From Rhodosorus marinus CCMP1338 (lineage: Eukaryota; Plantae; Rhodophyta), in NCBI GenBank assembly GCA_029953675.1, contig JAMWBK010000012.1, positions 682,001 to 746,000 of the forward strand: a stretch of DNA of 64,000 bases. Reading direction: 5' to 3'. How positions within the stretch are numbered: position 1 is the first letter of the stretch; each line of letters starts with the position of its first letter. Under the pieces are notes generated by a model that searched no databases, was not told where the DNA came from, and was given only the letters and a program-made list of their open reading frames with translations. Of the stretch, positions 34,338-47,042 are shown one piece after another. A program made the position numbers and the translations under genes.

Positions 34338-36362
34338 CCACTCCCTCTCACCCGACGTTAACCCCTTTCCTTAGACGCTCCCAAACTCAACCTTCATCTC
34401 CTCCAAAACCAGCTTTCGCATCGAGAAATGCTTTGGTCAGAGAAAAAAGAACAATACTCAAGTCGACCTTCTTCCCCAGCAGTCGTGGTCTTGCCATCAT
34501 CGTTTACTGTGTTTTAAGTGCACCCACCCGGAGAGGGTTTGGGGTGGATGCTTGGTTGTGTGAGTGTTAGCGTAGCCGCCCTGATGTTCTTTCTCGACTG
34601 TATGCTCCTTTGAGTCTGAAATCTCTGATGCTGTAACGCTGCGTTAGTTCTGGAGGCGCGCTCTCTGCGCACTTTCGAGCCTACCTCATTCAGGTACCTT
34701 GCCTCCACTCTCACCAGACCGATGTATCGGTCTCCACAGTCTGAGGGAAACCGGAAAGCCGAGGAACGCCCGTAGGGAGCACGTTCGGGGGTGCCGCTGC
34801 GGAATACCATGCGGAGTCATGAGGCACCAGTGTATACGTAGGTGCTTTACCAACGCTGAGGCTTTGCAGTCTGCCCTGGCTCATCGACTTTGTCCCCTTT
34901 CGAGGTCTCCGAATTCTTAGGTAGCGCTTTGTCGGGAGTTTAGAGCGAAGATAAGAGTAGTGGTATTTCGCTGCGGTAGGTAGCTGCCGAATCAAGGCTA
35001 AAGGGTACGTGGTCGGGTAAGCGTTACCGTGACCGCCTTGATGCTCTACCTCGACTGTATGATTCTTGGATTCTGACCTCTCCGGCGCTAATTACTGTGC
35101 TAAAGTCATGGAAACGCGCCTTCTTTCCGCTAGCGGCCCCAAGGTTGTCATAAAACGTCTGACATAAAAGGAAACTCCCCAGCATATCAAATAAAAAAGA
35201 AAAATCGGTTCCCGATAGATCAAAATATTTGAAATTACATGTCTGAAAATAGTTGTGGTTTATCAGACACCTTTTTTAAAAGATTTTCCATAAGAACAAA
35301 CCGAATTTTCTTCGTTTATTCCATACTATTTATACTAATTTTCTGTATTAATCCCTTTATCAGACGAAACATGACAACAATGCTCCCCTACTTCCGAATC
35401 TTCTTCAGGGTTTGGTGAGATATCCACGTCGCTGCACCTGCACCAACTTCCTGCTAATGGTAATCGGATACTGACTATACTGAGAGAACTGAACTACTGA
35501 AACCGCATGCGAAACGTTCCGAACAACAATTCGGCGTTCACTCGTGAATGAAAACCGCTAGGGTTCGCCAGGGTACGGACAGAAGTTTGTGAAGTGTGTG
35601 GACACTTCAGAGATGTCGAAGCGCATTGTGCGATAAGAAATCAACGCTACAAAAAAAACGAACGTAAAGGCTTACAAAGACAGCTGAAAACTGACAGATT
35701 GGTTTTAATCGGCATAGCAAAGGTCCCGGATCGAGGTAAGCTAGGAGGGGCGCAGAGATTGCACTTCCAGAACTGAGGCAGCGTTACAGCAAAAGTCTGC
35801 CGCTCTAGGCGACTGAGCTACACCAGCTTAGGGTATGTACCCCTTCTGGGGTGTGGAGTGATCTATTCGCTGCCTGAAGGATCACAGCGCTAAATTCGAT
35901 GTAAAGCATTTCAAACGTGGAGATTGCTCTAGAACTTGGTAATCTCGCGATCACCCTGGTTGGTAGCTGCGCATGCCGTTGACTGCGAACGAGGCGTACT
36001 CCTGCCTTGTCGAGGGAACGCCAACTATCATTGTAGAGGATATCCACTGTAGGATGTGGTCACGTCCAATTCACGCTTGGGATCCTTCCGTCCCCAACAA
36101 CCCGTCTCCACGTCTCGACCTCGCGTAAGCCTCATGCATGCTGCAGCTGCAGCCCCCAAGTGCTTAAATCTATCTCCGCAACCCAAAGGGAATATATAAC
36201 CCTACCCCTTCCACCTGCGTCATGTTCTCGCTGCTGAAGGGAAGGGTGAGTGGGACAGGCATCCACAGGGACTTTTCCGTTATCAAGGCAAATCCGGATG
36301 GAAAAATAATAAGAATTTTCTTTTTTAATCTTCATCTCTCCGCGCAAACGCTTCTGGCGGTC

Positions 36363-39300
36363 TCATACATTCCTCGGCCTTGGAATCCTTGACTGTGCCA
36401 GTCTGGGCCTGACGCTGCTCTTCACTGTCTTGACGGGTTCTATAATCGGTTTTGAGAAGACCATCGATGAGACCAATTCGTTCTCTTTCTCAGTGTCGTC
36501 CTCAATAAGCTGCTGTTCGTCCTTTTCGTCGTCCTCCTCTTGCTCATTCTGCTGCTTCTTCGCGCTATGGAAAGCTTCCAAGAGGTCGGCATGGGGTCCA
36601 GTCTTCTCCAGATCCCTCGGAATCGACCATTTTCTGCAAAAAAAAAAAAACAACGCAAACGGCAGGCTCTTAGGCGCTTTTCCCAAGAGGTCGACGGGCT
36701 TCTTTCCTCGCTTACCTTCTTCTTGGCGTCAAGGACGTTGGTTGATAAGACTTATAAGTCTCCTGCAAAGCGCCCTCCGCGTTCACGATGTTATTCGAGC
36801 AATCCATCAGCGCGGTAGTGGACTCAGAGCAGTTTCTCCTCATCTCCTCCGTCAGGTTGGTCAGACCCTGTCGATTCTGGTGACTCTCCATCGTCTCCTT
36901 TGAGCTCGCCTGAATCGTGTCACGAAAGATGGACATCTTGCTGGCTATCGACGACATATGCTTGTTGGTGTGGCTTCTAACAGATCCTAAGAGATCCCCA
37001 GTCTCCTTCCGGTCAGTTCCGACAAGATCCAGAGCTTTCCAGGTCTCAGATTCGACTTCTCCCAGGTTTCTTCCTGTCTTTGTGCACAGCGAGAAAACGT
37101 CTCCAATGGCGGCCTCCAGGCCTGTGGACATCGACGTGTGGATGGCCCGAGTCTGTTCATTCTGCTCATCGATTGATTTGAGCGTTGTCTGTACGCTCTT
37201 GGCCGTGCTCTGATCCAGTTCCCCGAGATTGGTTCTGGCAGCAGAGATCTCAGCCCCCATGCTGGAACCGATCTCTTCAAGAACCTGTTCCATCCGCTCG
37301 GCGCTCATTGTTGTGCTCTGCTGAACGGAAGATGCGATCATGGACAAAGCAGTCTTGAGCTTGCTGGTCACAGTCTCCTTGAGCAGCTCCGCTTGCTTGC
37401 TCTTCGTGGAGATGGTCTCCTCAAGTTCCGACTCAAGCAGACCGAGAATGTTCTGCTGCTTTTCCATCTCGCTTCGCACAACTGTACAAGCCAAGAGAGC
37501 AAAGGTTAGCGGCGAAAACTATTCGCACAACCCAGTCATCATCGAACCCGGGCTCTTACCAGTCTCAAGCGAGTTCAACTGGCCCACAGCTCTACTCAAT
37601 GACGTGCTCAAAGCCAACATCTCCGAGTCTCTCCTGGATTCAGAAGCGTTCCTAAAGTTTACAACCTAATACCCATCAAACAGTCGGCAGTTAGAAGCCA
37701 AATCGATGCTTAAGGACCTTTTTATTGAGCCCTTACCGAGTCCGTTGATCCTTGAAACAGATCGCCCAGCCTTAACAGCGTCGCGCCTACGTCTTCAACG
37801 AACTTGTTCATCCCATTCTCTGCTTCTAATCGATTCAATCCGACCTGAGGAGGAGTTCAACAAACCCATCGCTCAGCAAAACGTTATGTGTGCAGGCCCA
37901 GTCCATTCTAGAATCGATTCACTTACCTGTTTCTGAACAGTCAATCTCTTCGCTTCAGTGTCATCTGCGAACGACTTCATCTGAAGCTTTGAGCCCTCAA
38001 TGCACTCAGCAACAGAGTCCCACAAGCCGTTCAGTTCACTGGACATGCTTTGTACTCCTTTGGTATGAGCTGTTGTGAATCGATCCATCTCTTCCGCAGC
38101 CTGAGGTTCGTAGGCAATTTCAAGTATACTTCGTCCTTAGTTTGAGGCCGCTTTCGGCCTGAGAGAGGGCCCAGGAAACCTACCTTCACGCTGTCCCCTG
38201 CCTGCTTCTCAGCGATGGCCTTGACCTCCATTTTCAGTTTACCCAGGTGAGTGTACGTATCGCCCTCGAGGGTCTTCGTCAGCACACAGTTTTCAGTCTC
38301 TATCGACGATTTGTGGTTCACTGTGTCACAGAGGCTGTTGTAATCGGTCGTGGTTTTCTCAAGCTTGTCCTTGAGAGAATCTATATAGCCCCGGAGAACC
38401 TCCTCTTGTCTTCTTCTCTCTGTAGCTATCGTCCGCTGTTGGTTTGCTTCTTCTCTGATTCCATCAACTAGTTGCTGGAGATCATCAAACTGTTTCTAAA
38501 GGGGTAAAAGCAAGTGACCTTCGTTCAGCCGCAGACGTAGCTGAAACTGACTTGATCGCCGCCAGGGACAGCTACTCGCATAGTGACTGGAGCTCTATCA
38601 CGTACTTTGGCGTCTTCAGATCGCTCTTCTGCGAGGATCTTGTCCTCTTCAGCCTTCTCCAATGATGTGAGCGCCTTTTCGTACATTTCGTTGGTCTCGT
38701 TGACGAGGTTCTCGAGGTAGAGTTGCTTCTGCTCACGAGAGGCGAGAATGTTGTACTGATCAGCTGGTAGATACACCCCTTCCTTGGTTCTCATGGACTC
38801 GAGCTCCTTCCTAAGCCGGCTGTTCTCCTTCACCAGCTCCAGAATTTTATCCTTCTTCGATACCATGAGGTTCACTTGCGGACGGTTTCTGATCTTCTTC
38901 GCTCTGTTTTTAACGAACAGCCAGAGGAAATCATACGCTTCAGGATGACAGAGCTTGATCTTGACCAAAACGCCTCTCAAACAGAAGCACAAGTGCCCAT
39001 CTTGCCGCGACGGAAAAAAAACATACCGATAAGCATACTCAATAGTTGAGTTAGTCTCTTCAAGATCAGCTCCAGCTGGAGAACAGGTAGCGATAACAAG
39101 GGTCTTGTTCCTGCCTCCAAGTGACTCCTGGAGAATCCTGGTAAGCTTGGAATCTCTGTACGGAATATGCGGGTGATTGGCAACGAGTGCAGAGATCACC
39201 CGTCCCAGGGTCAACAGACTCTGGTTGATGTTCCCTGCCTCTCTTGAACGAACCCCAACCGCTCCTACGAGGGTAAACAAAATATTGAGGAGTGCTGAGC

Positions 39301-40396
39301 TGTCTGTATCGCCATAACAGAAGTCGGAAAGCGATCTGAACTTGGTTCCTCCGAATCTCACCGCTTCTAGAGATATTCTCAGCTCCAGCGAGATCGACGA
39401 GGTTCAGCTTGCCCACGCGCAGCATACCCTCGCCGCCTTCGCTGGTTTTGTCGTGAAGGTGGATAGTTATGGTGAAGATGGAGTGAGATCTGGATGATGT
39501 CTTGTTCATTAGAGTCTCTGCAGTCTTCCTCTTCTTGCTCGACATCTCGAGGATCTTAAAAATAGACGCAGAGAAACAGGACGAGGGTTTTAGACGCGCA
39601 GAAGGCCGGTTTTTGTCCCGCTCGAAGCACATCGTGGAGAGCGCTGAGATGTGCGCAATCCTGTTACGTCTAAGACTGCCTCTTTACATACCGAAAAGAT
39701 ATCTTCTTCCTTCTCAACGATGACATCAGTCAGTGATGATACATATGTTCCTTTCGACGTTTCTTCATAGATCTTGAGGTTCTGGTCCTTGTCGTTCGGA
39801 CTCAGAAGATCAGAGAGCGCCTCGTTGTACAGTTCCAGGTGTGAAACTTGGACGGTATAGTCGTCCGAGTTCTTGTTTAAATACTCAAAAATAGCTTTGA
39901 TCGATCTAGGAATGACGCCTGGAGCAAAAAAAGGAGTTTGGAGATTTAGGAGAAAAGCATCTTGAACTCTAGCGTTCATCTATCTTCACATACCGGCATT
40001 GAAATGGATGGCTTTCTTGGACTTTGACAGTCCCTCCATAGTGAAAGTCTTTCCGGTTCCTGTCTGACCATATGCGAAGATCGTGCAGTTGTATCCCTGA
40101 AGGACTTCGTCGACCACGGGCCGGCATACGGTCTCGAAAAGGTGCTGCTGAGTTGTCGTCGGGCCGAAAACGTTATCAAACGGGTAAGATTTGCACTGAG
40201 AAGCGCGCTTCGCTGACGTGGAGACGTTCAACTCGTTTCGGTTCTCGTCAGCCTCCACAACAGGAGTTTCGAGCGCCTCCAGCTCTTTTTGGGTGATCGG
40301 CCTCACCCGAACGACAACCTTTACCTTCCCATTCTCAGAACCTTCCTTTCCCCTCTCGGACCCTTCCTTCCCCTTCTCATACCCTTCCTTCCCCAT
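36363..40396 (-). CDS. Kinesin-5 (BimC/Eg5) motor protein, multi-exon
   Basis: [77 protein letters not shown], kinesin-5 neck RTKEGVYLP, long coiled coil, BimC-box-like [10 protein letters not shown]. Confidence 0.95.
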
Positions 40397-41940
40397 CCTT
40401 TCGAAGCAGAGATCAGAGAGCCCTCCGGATCAATTTCCAGACAAGAACCTCAGATGCTTCTAGTCAGCCAGCCACCGCTCTCCCCCACCTGCAAACTTCC
40501 CCTTCCTTACAGCTCTAAACCCATCTTCGCTTCCTCCAAAACCCATAAACTCTTGACTAAACATCCACCAAGAGCATCAAAAAAACCTCAAGGCTTCCTG
40601 TAGTAATTACAGGACCTTTGTTATCCTAAGCACAGCCTGTCTTCCCCAGCCACCCCGCCAAACATCCATACGAAACAACAAAGGCCCCCAAATGATCCAT
40701 TCCCATCGATCAGCTGCCGTTACACCGATCTTAGCCGTTCGAATAATTCAAAATTTGAATTATGTCAAACTTGATTGAAAACAATCATTTATGTAATGAT
40801 TGATTTTAAATGATTGAACTGGAACTTATGCTCGGTTCTCTTTTTTCGTTCGGAGTAGTGAGGAAGCTTGTCATGGTCATTCTGGTGAGTGGCGTGGAAC
40901 TAATTAGAGCCTGTACTGTGCGACAAGATGTTGCCCTTGATGACCTCTCTCTTTCATATACGTAAATATCAGGGCGTTCCGAAAATGTGATATATGACCA
41001 TTATTCTTTCGGAAGTGGTTTGAGAACCAGCGAATACTTTAGAGCTTGTAAAGCTGTTCCACACAAACCTCAGCCAGCTTGATGCTTTCAGCTTTCATTT
41101 GATTTGTGCCCTGGCCGAAATTCCCCGAGGTCCAGCACTGTTCGCCCTCGCCCAGATCCTCCCTCCGGGTCCCAACTCCCTTTGCACTACCGCCGTGAAG
41201 TTTTATGACGTTGTAAGGATTTCTTTCGTGCATGAGAGAAGCTTCTGCACGTGATTTGGTAGAACCAGTCACCAATTGGCCTTGAGTACGCTTCTTCGCC
41301 AGCTCGAAGCTCGTAGTGCACCTCCACCATGACAGCTACGAGAACAAACAGATATGCAGCAAGAAAAACGGACTTCGAGAGCGCTTCATTCACACTGGCA
41401 AAACTAAAAACTTGGAGCCTGTGGATCGGGAACCTGTATTCTTCGTTCTCATTGACAGCTCTGGAAAACCCTCTCGGAGCTTCGCTCATCAACCACCCAG
41501 AAAGGGGTCATCTTACGAGTGCGTCTTCCTGCATTGTTCTCTCCAGTGAGATTTCAATGGGTCCATATTCAGAACTTTCTCAGCAACACCAATCAAAGCA
41601 AATCCTACAACCAGTCCAGTTCACATCGGCGGCCGCTCATTGTAATCTTCGAAAACCTCCTATTCAGCAACTCCACTCGTACAGGCACATCTCTATGCGA
41701 AAATCAAATTATTTCCTAAATATTAACTATCTATTTTATATAAGAAAATTATTTTAGGTCAATTACTTATTTTATTTATTAGTCAAAAACTATTATGTAT
41801 AATATAGAATATATTTACGTTAATGTGATATGGAGCAAATGAATTTTGTGGATGTTGCCACCCTCGTCAGTGAGGAAACTCGCGGATGGATGGTGCTTGA
41901 GAGGGAGAACTTAAGAGTCACGAGTGAGATTTCTTCGGAG

Positions 41941-43082
41941 ATGGAAGCGGTAAAGGACATCTTAGCTGGCACTATAGCTGGCGCATTTGGTATATTGGTT
42001 GGTCAGCCGCTTGACGTCATGAGGATTCGAGCGCAGACGACTTGGGCTGGTCAGAGCCTCCCTCTGCAGGCTCGGATTTTCAGGATGGTGAGGCAGGAGG
42101 GACTCCTCGCCTTCTATAAAGGCGTTTTGCCCCCGATGGTTGGTGCTGGAGCGCAGCACGCCGCCCTATTTCTTGCGTACGGTAGTGTCACGAGATTTCT
42201 GAACAGCAATTCTGGTAGGGACCCGAGTGTCGCTCACCGCCTGGAAGAGTGGGACGGATTGTTTTCTTTTATGCTCAAGTTACGACGCCGTTTTGATTCT
42301 TGGAACAGGAGAAGACCAGCTCCCCTCATTATACGTTGTTGCGGCAGCCGGGGCGGCTGGTGGAGCGTTCAGCAGTTTCGTAACAGCGCCGGTTGAGTTG
42401 CTGAAGGTGAGGCAGCAGGTACTGGAGGCCAGAGGTGGTTCGGGAATGCTGGCACTGATACGCGACGTAGTAGCGTCTGAAGGTGTGGGGGTGCTCATGT
42501 CCAAAGGGCTCACTGCTACCATAGGCCGAGAAGTTATTGCGTATGGGTGTTTCTTCGTCTGCTATGAGTACATTCAGCGAAAGTGGGCCACGATCTTCAG
42601 CAAAGATCCACACAAAATCCCACTGCATGTAGTCTATATCGCCGGCGGTGTATCAGGTGTTCTATGCTGGCTCCCTTCATGTACGCAAAGCAAAACGACG
42701 ACTCTCGGAGATACTTTCGAGTTGCGACGGCAGAAACTCCATCTGAAACTGCTCTTCTCATCTGTTTCTGACCGAAAATTCTTTCTCAGACCCATTCGAC
42801 GTCGTGAAAAGCAAACTTCAAGTGGAAAGCAAGTCCAAGGAAACGATGATAAGCTGTGCAAAACGGTTGTTCGCCAACGAAGGTCCGCAGGTAAACGACA
42901 TCTCCTCGGTTCCCACCGATAAGGGGGTTCGCTCTGAACTGAAATAATTCATCCGCTTGCAGGGATTCTTTCGTGGGTTTATGATAACCGCAGTCAGATC
43001 GCTTCCTCTCGACGGACTGATCCTGGTCACGTACACGTTCACCCTCCGCCAACTCAACTCAATCAATGCCTTAACGAACTGA
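41941..43082 (+). CDS. Mitochondrial carrier (SLC25; carnitine/basic-amino-acid carrier-like), paralog A, 4 exons
   Basis: Three PxD/ExxK/R repeats (QPLDVMRIRAQT, APVELLKVRQQ, YPFDVVKSKLQ). Introns at 42215-42308, after LPS-Y and after EGPQ. Confidence 0.92.
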
Positions 43083-43998
43083 CTCACAATATAGTAAAAT
43101 TCAATGAACTTCATACAAAATCATTGGTTCTATATTTTCAAGTATCCACTCATATATTATAATTTGTAACAGAACATCAATTTGATCTATTAAGCGATCA
43201 TATTTCCAAAAACATATAATTATTATTTAATCACCTAATAATAATAAATATCTACTTTAATCGTGTGTAATTGAATTAAATACAACCAATAGTATATGAA
43301 TTTTCTTTTTATCTTCAATATAATAAAATAAAACTCTAAAATTAAACTTTTGTATGCACATTTATTTTTATTATTTGATACGATGCTAATGAGTGTTGGT
43401 GATTGGTTCGCTCGTGAAATTTATTAATATTGTTTAATTTAGGTTTTCGATGTGAGCGAGCTATATAGCGCGATGGAGCCAAAGCTTCGCTTCTGGAGTC
43501 GACTGGAAGAACTAGGAGATCGCGTAGAGATAATATGGGACATCAACATAGAATTTTATCAATAAGAGGGGAGAACCCTCCCCCCCACCTCCCTCCCATC
43601 CCCACATCGTGCATTGTGAGGGAGAGTTCATATTCGATACATTTTGAGCTGATGAGAACAATAAGGACGAGAGTTGATATTTGATAGCTTTGGATCCGAG
43701 GATGAACGGCTTGAATGCACCGACAGATCAAAGGCTGGTAAAAAGATAAAGGTCACAATGAATCCAACATAATGCGCAGCATCCTTCTGCCACCAACCAG
43801 TGGACAGCCTGGGACATTTGATCAGTCTCTAAGTAGAAGTCAGAACTACTCAGCGATGTCTTCAATGATGGTGTTGCGTCTGCCACTTTGCGTCAGGACT
43901 CGAAGAGGTTGTGAACCTTTTTGAGAGATGTTAACATCGCAAAAAAAGGGCTATTCCAGACCTATTGCAGAACTTCCGCTGATATCTTTGGAGCAGAT

Positions 43999-45062
43999 AT
44001 GGATGCTGCGAAGGATTTTGTCGGTGGGACAGTTGCAGGGATAACTGGAGTTCTGGTGGGTCAGCCGTTTGACGTTATGAGGATTCGTGCTCAGACGTTA
44101 TGGGTACAGAGGCAAGGCACGGTTTTGTTGCATGCCATGCAGATGTTGAGGACGGAGGGAGTGTTTTCTTTGTTCAAGGGGGTAGTCCCCCCGATGGCGG
44201 GAGTAGGGTTTCAAAACGCGGTGCTCTTCTTCGCGTACGGAACTGCCGTAAGGGCGATAACACCTGGCGGAAAGGTCGATGAGGCCAGCCTCGCGATGGT
44301 CACCATCGCTGGATCGATCGGTGGATTTGCTTGTGCTTTCGTAACAGGTCCAGTCGAGTTGTTCAAAGTCAGGCAGCAGGTGAACGAGAAGAAGATAGGG
44401 CTCAGGACGGTGTCCCTCGTTAAAAACATGGTGGCTGTGGATGGATTTTCTGGACTCTACAGAGGCCTCACCGCTACTCTGGTCAGAGATGTCCCATCCT
44501 ACGGTTCCTACTTCTGGTCCTATGAGCTAATCCGCAGGTTGTACGCCGACCGCTTCGGCTGCTCGCTTGCGGAAGTACCTGGCTTTGTGGACTTCCTCGC
44601 CGGTGGCGTCGCAGGTTGCTTGTCATGGACCATAATTTGTACGATAGAAATCTTACCTCTTCTGATTTCCAGACCCGCTTGAGAACTGATTATTGTGTTC
44701 TACGTTGGTCAGATCCTATTGACGTCGTTAAGAGCCGGCTACAGATGCAGGGAGAAGGATCTGTTCGGGAAGGTTTCTTCCACTGTGCAAAGAGAATCTA
44801 CAGCACACAAGGATGGAGGGTGAGACAAGCTGACCTCGGTCCTGTCTTGGCTTTTCTGAGCAGACCGCGGAATCGCTTTTCTGATCTCTCATGTGTTTCA
44901 TTGTTGCTTTCGGCTTGCAAGGTGTTTGGGAAAGGTCTTGGGCTTACGGTGGCGAGAGCGTTTCCAGTAAACGCGACGATTTTCTACTTTCATGGTAGCA
45001 CTGTGAAGATCCTCAGCTTACTGCAGGAGAGCTATCTATCTCTCAAAGTCGGGACTGGATGA
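43999..45062 (+). CDS. Mitochondrial carrier, tandem paralog B, 3 exons
   Basis: QPFDVMRIRAQT, GPVELFKVRQQ, YPIDVVKSRLQ, GLTVARAFPVNA. Two introns lie at the same positions as in paralog A. Confidence 0.93.
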
Positions 45063-45480
45063 CCGATGACTGCGCCAGGATGAGAACCCTACAAGCACGT
45101 GAAGTACGACTGGTTGGGCTGAGACGAGGCACCGTTTGGAGTGAGGCTACGAAACCAGCCCCCTTCGAAAGAGCTCCGGATTGGGTATCAACGGTACTTG
45201 GCCGTATGGCTTCAGAGTTGTCAAGAACGAAAGCTCACTTGAGGTCTCCGTCCAATCTCCACCTTCTAATCTTGGAAAGCAGCAATTCTTTATTTAGTGG
45301 TTTCCAGGGTGAGCGAACTACGCCCGTTAGCTGAAAGTTTGTTATAGTAGACTCGGAATCAGTTCAGTCGCCGAATAGTTCTTGCATGAGACTTTGCTAG
45401 TTCGGTTACGAGACTGGATTCGGTTGGTGCGGCTGGCAAATTGTCATCCAGACGATGAGCTGGAGACGTGCAAATAGCGC

Positions 45481-45918
45481 TCAGTATGAATTCTGGTCCT
45501 CAGATATCTCTGGCTGGAGAGCATCGGGCATGAGTAGCCCGGCTGGCACAGCCTCGGTATGTTGCGGAGTTGCTTGCTGTTCGCTCCAGTGAGTTTCATC
45601 CAGGATACCATCCTCTAACAGCGCATCTCGTCTGTCACGATCTCGTATCAGAAAGGACTCCCGGCGCTTCTCTCTCAGCAGCTTCTGAACGTGCCTCGAT
45701 CTCGAGCAGTTCTCCGCGCGAACGACGATCTCCCCGTAAAAATCCGAATCCGGAAACTCCTCAGCCGCCCAGGCGCGGAGGATCTTCACCATCCGTTTAA
45801 ACGATGTCCGCGGATGCTCTTCGTCAACCTTCAAGGCTCCGACCTTCCTGTACAGAGATGGTAAACTCTGCTCAAGGTTCTTTGGGTTCACCGTTGGAGG
45901 CCGTTTGGACCGAACCAT
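45481..45918 (-). CDS. Replication fork protection protein TIPIN/Csm3/Swi3-like
   Basis: LPSLYRKV..LK...H...F...++...WA...FP...F..+V.+.E......VQ..L matches the Swi3 domain pattern. Confidence 0.7.
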   Translation of the reverse strand: MVRSKRPPTVNPKNLEQSLPSLYRKVGALKVDEEHPRTSFKRMVKILRAWAAEEFPDSDFYGEIVVRAENCSRSRHVQKLLREKRRESFLIRDRDRRDALLEDGILDETHWSEQQATPQHTEAVPAGLLMPDALQPEISEDQNSY

Positions 45919-46683
45919 CTCGGATCTGCTTCAAAACCCTCCGAAAAATCCTAAATTTCGATCGGTTTTTTGGTTTCCTAGAAGTTCGGATTGAGAGTCC
46001 AAATCTCACATAAACTAAAGCTTCATCCCTAGTCTTCTAGCATTTCTCACGTAGCTCCGTTCACAACACCCGACATTCCCCCTCCTCAAGCGTCTGGAAG
46101 CTCCCATTGACCTCTGTCCCCTTGAGAATATTACATGCACATCTGTTCCCTTTTCAGTTTTCCCGGGAAAATATACAATACTATATATAAAATAATTTTG
46201 GCTACCCTTTTCTAAAGTTTCGGCAAACTATTTTTCAAAATAGAATTGTAGTTTAAAAACAAATATATTGACACGCGGTGCTTATTCATTCGATAAGATG
46301 AACCTCCGAAGAACATAATTGGATACATCTGAGAAATTGAACTACGGTTTGGGGGTATTGGTTTTTCGTGGATTTGGTTGATTGGTATTTTAAATATAAA
46401 AACACGGTTTCTCCCTGATATCGCACCCCCCTTCGGAGATAGGGTTTCAAGAATTGTTGTTTTTGGACTGTTGTGTTTGAGGTATCAAAGGCCTGTTTGG
46501 CTTGGCCAGGTTTTTTAAGGTGTTTTCGAAGGTCTCGCGTCGTGAGGTTTGATTCAATTGCTCTGTGTTGATCGGCATTGGATTTGGTGGGGACGGGGAG
46601 TTTGGAAGAGGACTTGGACGTGTCGAAGTTGAGGGGTTGGATGTTTACATTTTGAGATTTAGACGCTGTTGAAGATCATAGAA

Positions 46684-47042
46684 ATGACGCGAGGATCGAT
46701 AGGAAGATTGGCGAGGGGGATCGCTGGGAAGTCGGCCAATGTAAATAGTATCGGACGACAAGCTTTTGGGTAAGAAGATCACGGAGGATCTGGATATGTT
46801 TTGATTCAGTGCAAGGCGCTGAATGGAAGGGAAAATTTTCTTGGTAAACTTGAAGATCTAATAGGCCTTCGCTCTTACGGAGAGCGCCGTCGAGTGTCGG
46901 GCCGTCGACCAGCTCCATGAGATCCCTCGCCATGTGTTCGAGCGTTTTGGGTTCCATTCGGTTGAGTCGCGGAGTAGGGATGTTTGATATCTACAGCGAA
47001 GTGCTGGGAGAAGCTGATGACGACGGTACTGGTTGCACCTAA
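46684..47042 (+). CDS. Small (~87 aa) Arg/Ser-rich, probably mitochondrion-targeted protein; weakly NFD6-like
   Basis: ATG 46684 and a GT-AG intron at 46770-46864 keep the frame: MTRGSIGRLARGIAGK...|PSLLRRAPSS...SMRSLAMCSSVLGSIRL...EADDDGTGCT*. Lies after a G/T-rich leader, divergent from TIPIN. Confidence 0.4.

Noticed and set aside
34576-35083. ~50-bp imperfect direct repeat 457 bp apart
   Set aside because: No TG...CA ends, TSD or coding remnant to support an LTR/TRIM call.
41187-41492. FASVNEALSKSV...RPIGDWF resembling a plant-transposon (Harbinger-like) nuclease C-terminus
   Set aside because: The upstream IDCMHW/DGIY catalytic motifs were not found; too weak to call.
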